Shown here: piece after piece, positions 1 to 8,491 of the stretch
Layout: each line of letters begins with the position of its first letter
Numbering within the stretch: the stretch's first letter is position 1
DNA from: Dehalococcoidia bacterium
Lineage (GTDB): Bacteria > Chloroflexota > Dehalococcoidia > UBA2979
Direction: 5' to 3'
Assembly: GCA_965207415.1 (NCBI GenBank)
Contig: CBDBMD010000003.1
Span: forward strand, 3,113,243 to 3,177,242
DNA length: 64,000 nucleotides
Made by a program: the position numbers and the translations under genes
The notes under the pieces: model-generated
Databases searched by the model: none
What the model saw: the letters and a program-made list of their open reading frames with translations, nothing else
What the model was told of the DNA's origin: nothing

Positions 1-222
1 TCGTTCGACTCCGAGCTGGGCGTGGCAGTCCGGCATGCCGCGCAGCGCGACGACATGGCTCTCTCCGCCTGGCTCGCCGAGGCGGCCGGGGCGAAGCTGC
101 GGGCGGAGGCGCTCCGGGCCTTCCTCGACGCCTGGAAGCGGGAGCACGGCCCCTTCACCGCGGAGGAGATGCGCCGCGCACGGGCCGAGCTGGGACTCGC
201 CGAGCAGGCTCCCGCCCCGTGA
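1..222 (+). CDS. Antitoxin (VapB/RHH-like), 5'-truncated by window edge
   Basis: Open frame from base 1; LSAWLAEAA...W...HGPFTAEE pattern; GTGA overlap with the PIN gene. Confidence 0.7.
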   Translation, partial: SFDSELGVAVRHAAQRDDMALSAWLAEAAGAKLRAEALRAFLDAWKREHGPFTAEEMRRARAELGLAEQAPAP

Positions 223-602
223 GCGCGCTCGTACTCGACGCCGGCGCGTTCATCGCTGTCGAGCGCGGCGATCGCGCCATGATGGCGCGCCTGGAAGCCG
301 CCGAGGCAGATGAGATCGGGCTGCGCACGAGCGCCATCGTCGTCGCTCAGGTGTGGCGCGACCCGGCCGGCCGCCAAACGCGACTGGCGCGCCTGCTCCG
401 CGCCGTCGACGTCCGCGTGGTGGACGACCGGCTTGCGCGCGCTGCGGGCGCGCTGCTGGGGCAGGCCGGCACCGCCGACCCGATCGACGCGACCGTGGTC
501 CTTGTCGCAGAGAGCGGCGATCACCTCCTCACCAGCGATCCCGAGGATCTGCGCCGTCTCGCCGAGACCGCCTGCGTACGTGTTGCCGTGGTCCCCTGCT
601 AA
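219..602 (+). CDS. PIN-domain (VapC-like) toxin
   Basis: LVLDAG N-terminus, DPIDATVV, LTSDPEDL acidic PIN motifs. Confidence 0.85.
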   Translation: MSALVLDAGAFIAVERGDRAMMARLEAAEADEIGLRTSAIVVAQVWRDPAGRQTRLARLLRAVDVRVVDDRLARAAGALLGQAGTADPIDATVVLVAESGDHLLTSDPEDLRRLAETACVRVAVVPC

Positions 603-917
603 CCGGCACCGGGTCACGATCCATGCGTCGGCTTCGCCCCCGGAGCTCCCTGGGCCACGTGGAACCCACGAGCCACGCCAGCGACGCAGCCGAGTACCGA
701 GGTAACAGGAGCGCGATGCACGGGGAACGCCCTCGCTAACACCCCGCTTCTGTGCACCGCAGTCCCCCGGCTTCATTTCCTCCTTCGCATCGCAGACGGC
801 CGAGCGGATGCTGGCTGTCGCGATTGCGACCGGAGAGTTACCCGGCGCGCGGGCGTGGCTCAGCGGACAGAGCAACCGGCTGTCGGCGCCGCCAGGACCA
901 CCCTTGCATCCATGCGT

Positions 918-996
918 TATGCTGTTCGTAGACAGGGGAGGGGATCTGAGGCGCGGGCCTACCGCGCCGGACTGGTGGATCCGCTGCTCCCCTCCC
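918..996 (+). ncRNA. Structured leader element C, copy 1, with -10 box TATGCT at 918-923
   Basis: GGGAGGGGA/TCCCCTCCC outer stem and GGCGCGG/CCGCGCC inner stem, both retained in the copy at 22121-22181. Confidence 0.45.
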
Positions 997-1099
997 GACT
1001 CTCTATCGCTACTGCTGGTGGTCGGCGGCGATCACGCAACATCCCGACCCACGGCGCTACGGTGGCCCGGACCACGGCGGCCGCGACGGTCACGTCGGC

Positions 1100-1340
1100 G
1101 GTGACAATCGTCGCGCTCGCTACCGCCGTGTTCTTCGGGCCCGTCGCAGCGCTCACCCTCGGCCTCGCCGGAATCGTGATCATCAGCGCGCTGCACGAGG
1201 CCGGGCACCCGCTGCCCGCCGGGCATTCCGGCGCGAGGGGCGAGCAGTTCGCGGACGGGATGCTGCGGGGGCGCTGCGCGCTCACGACGGACCACACGCA
1301 GTACGCGGTGAACGCCGCGCCGGTCGGCGGATCGTGCGAG
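1100..1340 (+). pseudogene. Degenerate N-terminus of a site-2 protease (RseP/M50)
   Basis: TM helix then HEAGH, followed by G-RGEQFA-G...TQYAVNAAPVGG resembling the RseP N-terminus; remainder lost. Confidence 0.6.
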
Positions 1341-2057
1341 CCGGTCCCGATCGGCGCCGTGCCGGCCGTGCCGGGCGCGCACCTCACCGGGCCGTCAGCG
1401 CCGCCACCGATCCGGGCACGAGTCCCGGGGTTGGGATCTCGACGGCCACGCCTCCCCGTCCGCCGGGGACCAGATGGAATCACTCAGAAGGGAGCCGCTA
1501 TCGAGTAGCCGCATCGTCCGGCGGGCGACCGCCACGCAGTCAACTGATCGGTGAACGGAAGGGAATGCCCATGACAAACGCTCGAAAGGAACAGTATCGA
1601 TGGAGGTCCTACGGACACTCGTAGAGCTTCGGGCGCTACCCGCCCCCGCGATTAGCAATAGAGAGACGTCGAGCGCCGCCGGCGCCGCGGAAGCGTACGC
1701 GCCACCTCAGGGTAGGCGCGTCGCGGCAGCGGACAGCGGCGATACGCGAGCCCCTCACCCCGGGGTTCCGACGGCACAGAAGGTCACGGCGAAGGCCCGG
1801 CCTCCGAGCGCGCCACGCCAGCGCTCCCGGAGTGCTGCTGCAGGTGCGGCGCCCGCGGGCACAGCCGTGCCGCACGGCCGCTGCCGCTCGGAAGGCTCCG
1901 CCGGGCGCCCGCGGCGTGCAGCGCGTTTCGCCGGCGGACTGAGCGCGCGCCCCATCACGCACGACCCCCGCAACGGGCCGAGCGCGCTGCCCCGACCGGG
2001 GCAGCGCCCGGCAGCGCTCGCCTGCGCGACCACGTGGACGCCGTAGGGAGGCGGTCG

Positions 2058-3086
2058 ATGCGGACGATCACGCTCTCCGACCACCTTCAGGGCAGGATTG
2101 ATGCCCTGCTCGCTGCGATCGAGCAGGGCCGGGTCCGGGAGCGAGCGCGGTCCTACGCCGCGTACGAGCGGCAGCAGGGCTACGAGGAGGAGAAGCGACG
2201 CTGGGACGAGCGGCAGCAGGGCTACGAGGAGGAGAAGCGACGCTGGGACGAGCGGGTCCAGGCGAGTGAGTCGGTTCGGCGGAGAGCCGCACAGGCCTGG
2301 AGCGACCAGCGGTTCCTGCAGGCGCTGGGCTTGCGCCTGCAACTGCTGTTTCTGCGCCGGGGCCTCCGGCCACGAGAGCTGGAGCCTGTCCCGGCGCCGC
2401 AGCGGCAGCCTTCAGAGCTGGCCGGACTGAAGCCGACGAAGGCCGGGTCGCTCTCACAACTGAGGAAGGAGCGAATCAGGCTGCAGCAGGGCCGGGAGGG
2501 CGAGCAGCGCCTGCTGCGATTCCTCGAGGGGCGACTCGACGATGCGTGGGTGCTGGTCCGGGGATACCGCAACGGGCGGGGCGAGGCGGACTTCGTCCTC
2601 GTGGGTCCACCGGGGGTCTGCGCGATCGAGGTGAAGTACCTGAGCGGCCTGCTCACGGCCGACAGCGACGACTCCTGGCGGCGGCGGAAACACGGCACGT
2701 CCGGGAATCCCCGCAGGGCCGGCAAGCGGGTGCGGGACGCGAGCGGGCGATCGCCCAGCCGGCAGGTTCGCGATGTTGCCGAACTCCTGGAGCGCTTCCT
2801 GCGCGACAGGATGCCCGGGCGGAATCTGCGCGTTCGGACTGCGGTGGTCCTGACGCACGACCGCTCCGAGCTCGGCGAGATCCACGCCGCGGTCGACCTC
2901 GTGGCGACGCTGGCCGGGCTGAGCCCGAACGACCTCGTGCCTGGTCCCGGCGCCGGCCTCGGTCGTGGCGAGGTGGACGAGATCGCGGGGCTGATCGTGC
3001 GCGACCACCGCTTCCACGAGGAGAAGCTCCGGAAGTTGCCGCGGGCAGTCGCGCCCGGCGGATCGTGTGGACAGGAGGCGGCCTGA
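2058..3086 (+). CDS. NERD-domain nuclease-like protein
   Basis: GREGE...EADFVLVGPPGVCAIEVK NERD motifs; RBS GGAGG at 2047. Confidence 0.85.
   Translation: MRTITLSDHLQGRIDALLAAIEQGRVRERARSYAAYERQQGYEEEKRRWDERQQGYEEEKRRWDERVQASESVRRRAAQAWSDQRFLQALGLRLQLLFLRRGLRPRELEPVPAPQRQPSELAGLKPTKAGSLSQLRKERIRLQQGREGEQRLLRFLEGRLDDAWVLVRGYRNGRGEADFVLVGPPGVCAIEVKYLSGLLTADSDDSWRRRKHGTSGNPRRAGKRVRDASGRSPSRQVRDVAELLERFLRDRMPGRNLRVRTAVVLTHDRSELGEIHAAVDLVATLAGLSPNDLVPGPGAGLGRGEVDEIAGLIVRDHRFHEEKLRKLPRAVAPGGSCGQEAA
2164..2254 (+). repeat. Perfect 42-bp in-frame tandem duplication (ERQQGYEEEKRRWD x2)
   Basis: Read directly in the sequence. Confidence 0.9.
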
Positions 3087-3087
3087 G

Positions 3088-3519
3088 ATGAAGATCCTGG
3101 TTTGCCTGGCGATGAACTCGCTGTGCCTCGGCCTCGGCGTGTGGCTGGGAGGGGTGCTCCTGCCCGAGGCAGTCGAGGCCTGGGGGGACGCGGGAGCGGT
3201 AGGCCCCCGAGTGACGCTCGATGCAGCCCCGGCCCTGCCCGCTCGGGACGCTGAGCCGAGTCAGCGCTCCTCGCTCCCCCAGGCCGAGGAATTGGAATAC
3301 GCCGGACCGTGGTACTCCGCCGCATACAGCGAGCACTGGCGGCGGGCGCGGCCGATCAGTATCTGGCTGGGCGGGGCACTGCTGATGTTGGGGCCCGTGC
3401 TCGCCAACGTCGGCAGCTGGGTGGGGATGATCAACGACCCGCTCCGTGGCAGCCGTGACGGGGAAGGAGTTGAGCGCGTGGAGGCAAGAGTCATGCTCCC
3501 CGGGGACGGCGTAGCTTGA
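3088..3519 (+). CDS. Small membrane protein (2 TM), paralog of 22822-23190
   Basis: RBS AGGAGG; two hydrophobic segments; shared GPRVTLD motif. Confidence 0.65.
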   Translation: MKILVCLAMNSLCLGLGVWLGGVLLPEAVEAWGDAGAVGPRVTLDAAPALPARDAEPSQRSSLPQAEELEYAGPWYSAAYSEHWRRARPISIWLGGALLMLGPVLANVGSWVGMINDPLRGSRDGEGVERVEARVMLPGDGVA

Positions 3520-4862
3520 GGCCCGGGCTCGCGGGAACCAGGTGGATGCGCGCCGCGCTCGCGCTCGCCGTCGCCGTCGCACTTGCGGCGGCGACCGGGG
3601 CGCCGGGGGCGTGCACGGAGCCGGCCGGCGCCGAGCTGCCGCCGAGCGTACGGGTGGCCGCCCGGGGCACGGAGAGCGGCAGCGTCGAGTTCGCGATCCA
3701 GGAGTTGGGCCCGGAACGCCCGAGGGGCGAGTTGCTGTTTGGGGGCTCGCGCTTCATGACGGCGCGGCTCATTGCACTGCAGCGCTGGCGCTACGCCTCG
3801 CCGGTCACGATCAGCGCCGGGCTGGAGGTCCGGGTCGCGGCCCGGGGCACGGAGAACGGGAGCGTCGAGTTCGCGGTCCAGGCCCGGGCCGCAGGCGGCG
3901 CGTGGGGTGAGCTGCTGTTCGGGCGCTCACGCTTCATGACGCCGCGGCTGATCGCGCTGCAGCAGTGGCGCTACGCCTCGCCTGTCGTGGTTCAGCTGCC
4001 CACCGCTCGGCCCCCGACCACGCCTGCTCCTTCCGGATCGCCCTCCACCGGCCTCCCCTGCGAGAACTGCCGAGCCGACCCGGCGAACCGCTGGATCAAC
4101 TTCACGCAGGGAGACGGCGTCGCGTCCAGGAACGATTGCCTGTACCAGGCGCGGACGGGCCGCCCGGGCCTGCCCGAGGGGACACCCGTCGAACGCGTCG
4201 CCTCCGGCACGGGCCGGTGCGAGGGCTGGTCCTACGTGACGGCCGGCGAGAAGGCGACGTGGGTCCTGAATCGCTACCTCGCCGACACGCCCCTGCCCTA
4301 CGACAGGTCGTGGCAACCGTCCTTGCCGATGCAGTTCTGCACGATTCCGCTCGACCCCGAGCTCGGTGCGGGGTTCAGCGCCGAGGAGTTCCTCGAGGCG
4401 GTGCGCGACGCCGTGGACACCTGGAATGAACTCCTGCGGGGAGCCGACCACGAGCTGGCCCTGAGCGGCCCCGCACTCGACTACGTTGGCGCTTGCGAGG
4501 GCGGCGAACGTCGCGCGTTGCGCAACGAGATCGCCGTCACGCCGCTGCGCTCGGCCGGGGCGACGCTCAGATTACGCCACTCCAGCGGCGTCGGGAGTCA
4601 CTGTTATCTCAACCGGGATCGCGAGTGGGTGTGCACGCAGCAACCGCTGCGCCGGGACTACGAGGCCGACATCTTCATCGCCCCGACCGGGTGCGGTTTC
4701 CGCAGCACGATCAAGCATGAGCTGGGCCACGCGCTCGGGCTGCTCCACGGCGGCCAGCGAGGGGACCTGATGTACCACGACTTCGCCGGCTGCCCCACGT
4801 CGCTCGATCCGAGCGCCGCAGAGGTGGCGGCGATCCTCGAGGGCCGCGCCAGTGGCGAGTGA
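3516..4862 (+). CDS. Secreted matrixin/M10-type zinc metalloprotease with duplicated N-terminal module
   Basis: Signal peptide; two VRVAARGTE-GSVEFA...WRYASPV repeats; HELGHALGLLH and Met-turn DLMY. Confidence 0.85.
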   Translation: MRPGLAGTRWMRAALALAVAVALAAATGAPGACTEPAGAELPPSVRVAARGTESGSVEFAIQELGPERPRGELLFGGSRFMTARLIALQRWRYASPVTISAGLEVRVAARGTENGSVEFAVQARAAGGAWGELLFGRSRFMTPRLIALQQWRYASPVVVQLPTARPPTTPAPSGSPSTGLPCENCRADPANRWINFTQGDGVASRNDCLYQARTGRPGLPEGTPVERVASGTGRCEGWSYVTAGEKATWVLNRYLADTPLPYDRSWQPSLPMQFCTIPLDPELGAGFSAEEFLEAVRDAVDTWNELLRGADHELALSGPALDYVGACEGGERRALRNEIAVTPLRSAGATLRLRHSSGVGSHCYLNRDREWVCTQQPLRRDYEADIFIAPTGCGFRSTIKHELGHALGLLHGGQRGDLMYHDFAGCPTSLDPSAAEVAAILEGRASGE

Positions 4863-5520
4863 GGCACGGGCCGGCGTGCAGGCAGCGAGCAGCCGCGATC
4901 GGGCAGCGCACCGTGCGGCGGAAGGGACCGCCACACGCCAGCTGGTTGCACGGGCGAGCGGAGCCGCTGCGCTGGGAGGAGCAGCGGGAGGCGCGACTGC
5001 GCTGGAGGCTGGCCGGACCGGGCCTGCAGCAGGGCGTCCGGCGCCGGCCATGCCGGCGAGCGGCAGCAACGGGACGACCACCGCCGCAGGCGTCGCGGGC
5101 GGGCAGCCGGCACCCCGCGCGCGCCGACCCGCGGCAGTACCCACGGCCGGCGCGAGCGGTGCTGCGGGGGCGGCGCCCCCGCACGCCCCGTGCGCGAGAA
5201 CACGCAGCGACCACAGCGGGCACGACGCCGGCGCGCGGGGCCACGACGCCCCGCGCGCCGGGACGTCGATCAGCGCCCACCACGGCAGAGCAGCGCCGGC
5301 GGAGCGTCGCGACACGAGCGGCCCGCCAGCAGCACTGGAAGGAGTATGGCTATCTCTCAGCATCCCTCCGGCGACGGCAGCGCGCCGGATCCCGAGGAGT
5401 AGGAACCTGGAGTTTCAGCGTGCCGGCCCGGCCACGAGGCTCCGGGCGTCCGGCCTGAGTCCCCGGCAGCTGGCGCTGCGGCTCGACCTGCAGCGGCCGC
5501 TGCTCTTCCCGGGCGTCGCC

Positions 5521-6051
5521 ATGATCCGGACCGAGCAGCGCCTTCGCGCCTGGTGGCTGGCGGTGCTCGGGTTGGCGCCCGGCGGGCACACGTTCCTGTT
5601 TTGCGAGACGGTCGACCCCGGCGTGCCGATCCTGGCGGGGGATCTCGCCGCGCAGGGCATCGGCGCGGAGCTGCTCGCGAACAGCGAGGGGTTCGCAGCG
5701 GTCGCCGGGAGGCTGAAGCGCTTCCATCCCGGCTCCGACATCGCCCTGCTAGAGCTCACGAACCTCGCCATCAGGCGGCTCCAGGTCGAGGCGTACCTGG
5801 CCCGCGTCGCGTCCCCGATCGCGGAGGGGCGGATCGTCGACGTTCGCGGCTTGCTCTCCGACCGCGAACGCTCGGCCCTGGAAGCGGTGCTGCGCTTCTA
5901 CCGCGGGAAGACGATCCACGATCCGCCCGCGGCGGGCGCCGATCCGCCGACTCCGCCGTTCGGTGCGGGCCAGGGAATGGAGGGGCTCCCCGGGCGAGAC
6001 CGCGAGCTCGAGCGGCCACCGGGACTCGACGGGCTCGACCCCGCGGCGTGA
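5521..6051 (+). CDS. Hypothetical protein, start uncertain
   Basis: Protein-like C-terminal part of ORF 4852-6051. Confidence 0.4.
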   Translation: MIRTEQRLRAWWLAVLGLAPGGHTFLFCETVDPGVPILAGDLAAQGIGAELLANSEGFAAVAGRLKRFHPGSDIALLELTNLAIRRLQVEAYLARVASPIAEGRIVDVRGLLSDRERSALEAVLRFYRGKTIHDPPAAGADPPTPPFGAGQGMEGLPGRDRELERPPGLDGLDPAA

Positions 6052-6224
6052 CTGTCGGGAATCACTGACTTGCCCGGGAGCTCCGGGGCGGGGATTCGGG
6101 AGCCCTGAACAGGGAGCTGGTTGCAGAGCGTAGGGGCTGTCCGCCGCCGGCGGGCGGCCCCTCGCCCGCTCACGAGCCCGCGCCGTGAGCTCCAACCGGC
6201 GGACCGTCGCAGTGACCCGTGGCG

Positions 6225-7070
6225 TCATCGCCCGCCGGCCGGCCGGGGCGCGGCCGGGGGCACGTAGCCGGACGGGAGCCCCCCGCGGATCTGCCGGATG
6301 GCGGCCTTGACCTCGGCGGAGAAGGACTCGCCCAGCATCCAGTCGAAGTAGTCCGGATCCGAGGCGACCGCCTCCTCCAGTGCCTGCCCGTCATGCTTGC
6401 CGAAGTTGATGTAAAGCCGGTCGCCGTGCCAGACGAGCAGCGCATCCTCGTCGAGCGCACCGGGGTCACGTCCGTAGCGGGCGAGTTCCACGATGTCCCT
6501 GGGCAGATCGGAGTGCCGATCGAGTTGCCCGCGCAGCACCAGCAGCGTGCTGCGCACGTCGCCCTCGGCGTCGTGGGCGTCCTCGATCTCGCGTGCCGCG
6601 TAGAGGCGAACCGCCGCCTCGAGGTCGCGGGGGTGATAGTGATGGTAGATGCTGAGCGCATCGATGATGTGCCGGTCGCGCCGCGAGAACTCCATGCCGA
6701 GGCGCGCGAACTCCTCGCGCAGCACCGGGAAGTCGAACCGCCGGATCCCGTAGCCCGCGAGATCGCAGCCGTCGAGGAAGCTGGCGAGCTCCTGCGCGAT
6801 GTCCGCGAACGTCGGCTCGGCGGCGACGTCCTCGTTGCTGAGCCCGTGCACCTCCGTCGCCCCGGGGGAGATCGGCACGCCGGGATTGAGCCGGCGGGAG
6901 CCGACCTGGCACTTTCCCGAGGGAAGGATCTTCGCCAGGCCGAGCGCCACGATGCGGGCGCGGCGGACGTTCTTGCTGGTCGTCTCCAGGTCGAGCACCA
7001 CCACGGGCCGCCGCAGCGCGAGATCGGCGGCCAGTGATCGCGCGATGGCGCGCAGCGCTTCGGTGTTCAT
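6225..7070 (-). CDS. DEDDh 3'-5' exonuclease (DnaQ/Pol III epsilon-like)
   Basis: DLETT, GY-IRRFD, HDAEGD motifs; C-terminal FGKH-G...YFDWML. Confidence 0.9.
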   Translation of the reverse strand: MNTEALRAIARSLAADLALRRPVVVLDLETTSKNVRRARIVALGLAKILPSGKCQVGSRRLNPGVPISPGATEVHGLSNEDVAAEPTFADIAQELASFLDGCDLAGYGIRRFDFPVLREEFARLGMEFSRRDRHIIDALSIYHHYHPRDLEAAVRLYAAREIEDAHDAEGDVRSTLLVLRGQLDRHSDLPRDIVELARYGRDPGALDEDALLVWHGDRLYINFGKHDGQALEEAVASDPDYFDWMLGESFSAEVKAAIRQIRGGLPSGYVPPAAPRPAGGR

Positions 7071-7122
7071 CGGTTGTTCCGTCCCTGCCCCGGGCGGCTG
7101 CGCGCCGGCAGTCCGGGCTACC

Positions 7123-7136
7123 AGTACACGTGTTCT
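7123..7136. promoter_or_regulatory. Putative LexA (SOS) box upstream of the exonuclease
   Basis: AGAAC-ACGT-GTACT on the minus strand, about 53 bp before the start; one mismatch to GAAC-N4-GTTC. Confidence 0.6.
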
Positions 7137-7484
7137 CTCTCGAGAGTACAGTGTCGCAGATCTCGTCGAGGTGTCGTGGCACACCAAATCTGCGTGGCGG
7201 GCCGGTGTCCCCTCGGCGAACGCGCTCCCGGGCCTGGACAGCCTCGCGATCGACGCGGGAGTGCGCCTGCCGAGCGCTGCGGACGCCCTCGGTGCGCACG
7301 ATCCGATCATTGTCCGGAGGCGCAGGCCTGCGGCCGGGCGGCGCGGTAGAGACCTGGAGGCCGGCGGACCGGATGAGCCGAGCGTTGGGACCGGCAGCGC
7401 GGTGGCCATCAGCGACCCTGCTGCTCGCGGTCGTCATGGCGGAGCGCGACGTAAGCCCGGGGTGGCCTTCTCGCATCGTCTTGA

Positions 7485-7556
7485 GCCATCACCGGAAGGA
7501 CTTCGCGCTCTCGCCGGACGGTCTGCCGGCGATGATCCCCTCGACGTTGACCTGGT
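7485..7556 (-). pseudogene. C-terminal remnant of a DUF2442 protein
   Basis: QVNVEGIIAGRPSGESAKSFR*WL. Confidence 0.55.
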
Positions 7557-7597
7557 GAAGTGACGGATCGATTGCTGCCTCGAAGCCCTCCGTCCGT

Positions 7598-7671
7598 CGG
7601 GAACGCAGGTTCTGATGCACGCGCCGTGAGGTCGGTTACAGGTCAAGAGTCGGCAACAAATCGAATGGTGC
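7598..7671 (+). promoter_or_regulatory. Motif P copy 1 (variant with about 18-nt insertion)
   Basis: CGGGAAC-N8-TGATGC-N14-CGGTTAC...CGGCAAC-N8-TGGTGC. Confidence 0.6.
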
Positions 7672-7679
7672 GCCCCCCG

Positions 7680-7708
7680 TTGACGGGTGGTAGGTGACCA
7701 ACTACGAT
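7680..7708 (+). promoter_or_regulatory. Sigma70-type promoter in front of element A
   Basis: TTGACG-N17-TACGAT. Confidence 0.7.
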
Positions 7709-7713
7709 CATTA

Positions 7714-8016
7714 CAGCGTCTAGGTCCGCCTCGGCGCTGGGATTGAAACGAGGTTGGCAACAAGCTAGCCACGAAGCGAAGGGCTGCCCGTGTACGCGGG
7801 CAGCCCTTCGCTCGTCCTGGCCCATGTTGACGGCTCGCGCCCGCACCAACGGTGCCCCTGTTCCGCGCTCCAGGAGCGCGAATGATCACGTCAGAGGACG
7901 ACGACCGGCTCTCCCCGGGCGCCACAGGCTCGGGGTTGCGCGAGGCGACCACTCCTGGAGCGCCACAGGGTAGCGGACGACCTCGAGGAGTGAGCGCAAC
8001 TCATCACTCCATGCGA
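7714..8016 (+). ncRNA. Structured element A, copy 1 (candidate ncRNA)
   Basis: Multiple stems conserved with 20897-21257, including a compensatory change; no convincing ORF. Confidence 0.55.
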
Positions 8017-8186
8017 TCCGCAGTACGCCGAGCGCCCGGACCAAATCTCCAAGCCTCACAGCGCCGCCAGCTGCCTAGCTGTTCCGGCGTCGAGCACAGC
8101 GGGATCCACTCGTTCACGGAACTGTCCCTGGCCCGCGAGCGTCGCAGCGAGCAGTAGGCCGACGCGGTCACGCTGCCGACGATGCT

Positions 8187-8241
8187 CGGCAACACCGTCC
8201 TGATGCACACGCCAGCATCGCGGCAACAGCTCCGGTGATGC
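8187..8241 (+). promoter_or_regulatory. Motif P copy 2
   Basis: CGGCAAC-N7-TGATGC-N14-CGGCAAC-N8-TGATGC; extended -10 TGgTACCCT follows, hexamer 24 nt after the motif. Confidence 0.7.
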
Positions 8242-8277
8242 GATGCGCGGCGTTGACGCGGCTGGTACCCTTATGGT

Positions 8278-8393
8278 GACCTCTCCACAGGTCCGTTCCT
8301 GCGTATGCGGATGTGGCCCTCGCGCCCCATTTTGTTGTGCGTAGGCTCCGGTGACTCGCGGGGAGGAACCCACATCCTCACCGTGAGGGGGCA
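8278..8393 (+). ncRNA. Pseudoknotted leader element B, copy 1
   Basis: Homologous to 12591-12707; loop GGATGTGG is complementary to downstream CCACATCC. Confidence 0.55.
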
Positions 8394-8491
8394 CGACCGT
8401 CTGTTTCGCAAAGGCCTGCCAAACCTCCTTCTCGTCGCTGTCTCCAGTCCGGTCGCTCAGGTGGTCGCCCGTCGCCGATAGGCACCCAGCC

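Noticed and set aside
4852-5520. Upstream part of the 399-aa ORF as coding
   Set aside because: Low-complexity Ala/Arg/Gly translation in all frames; the real frame cannot be determined
7880-7906. Hammerhead or glycine-riboswitch core in element A
   Set aside because: CUGAUGA and GAAA are not matched, and the putative stem II is broken in copy 2
8187-8241. Motif P as an integron attC site
   Set aside because: Direct-repeat rather than palindromic organisation; no RYYYAAC/GTTRRRY pair and no intI
8278-8393. Element B as an HDV-like ribozyme (GGC-CCTCGC-GCC resembles P3/L3)
   Set aside because: No P1 partner found, and the J4/2-equivalent reads GAGGAA without the catalytic C
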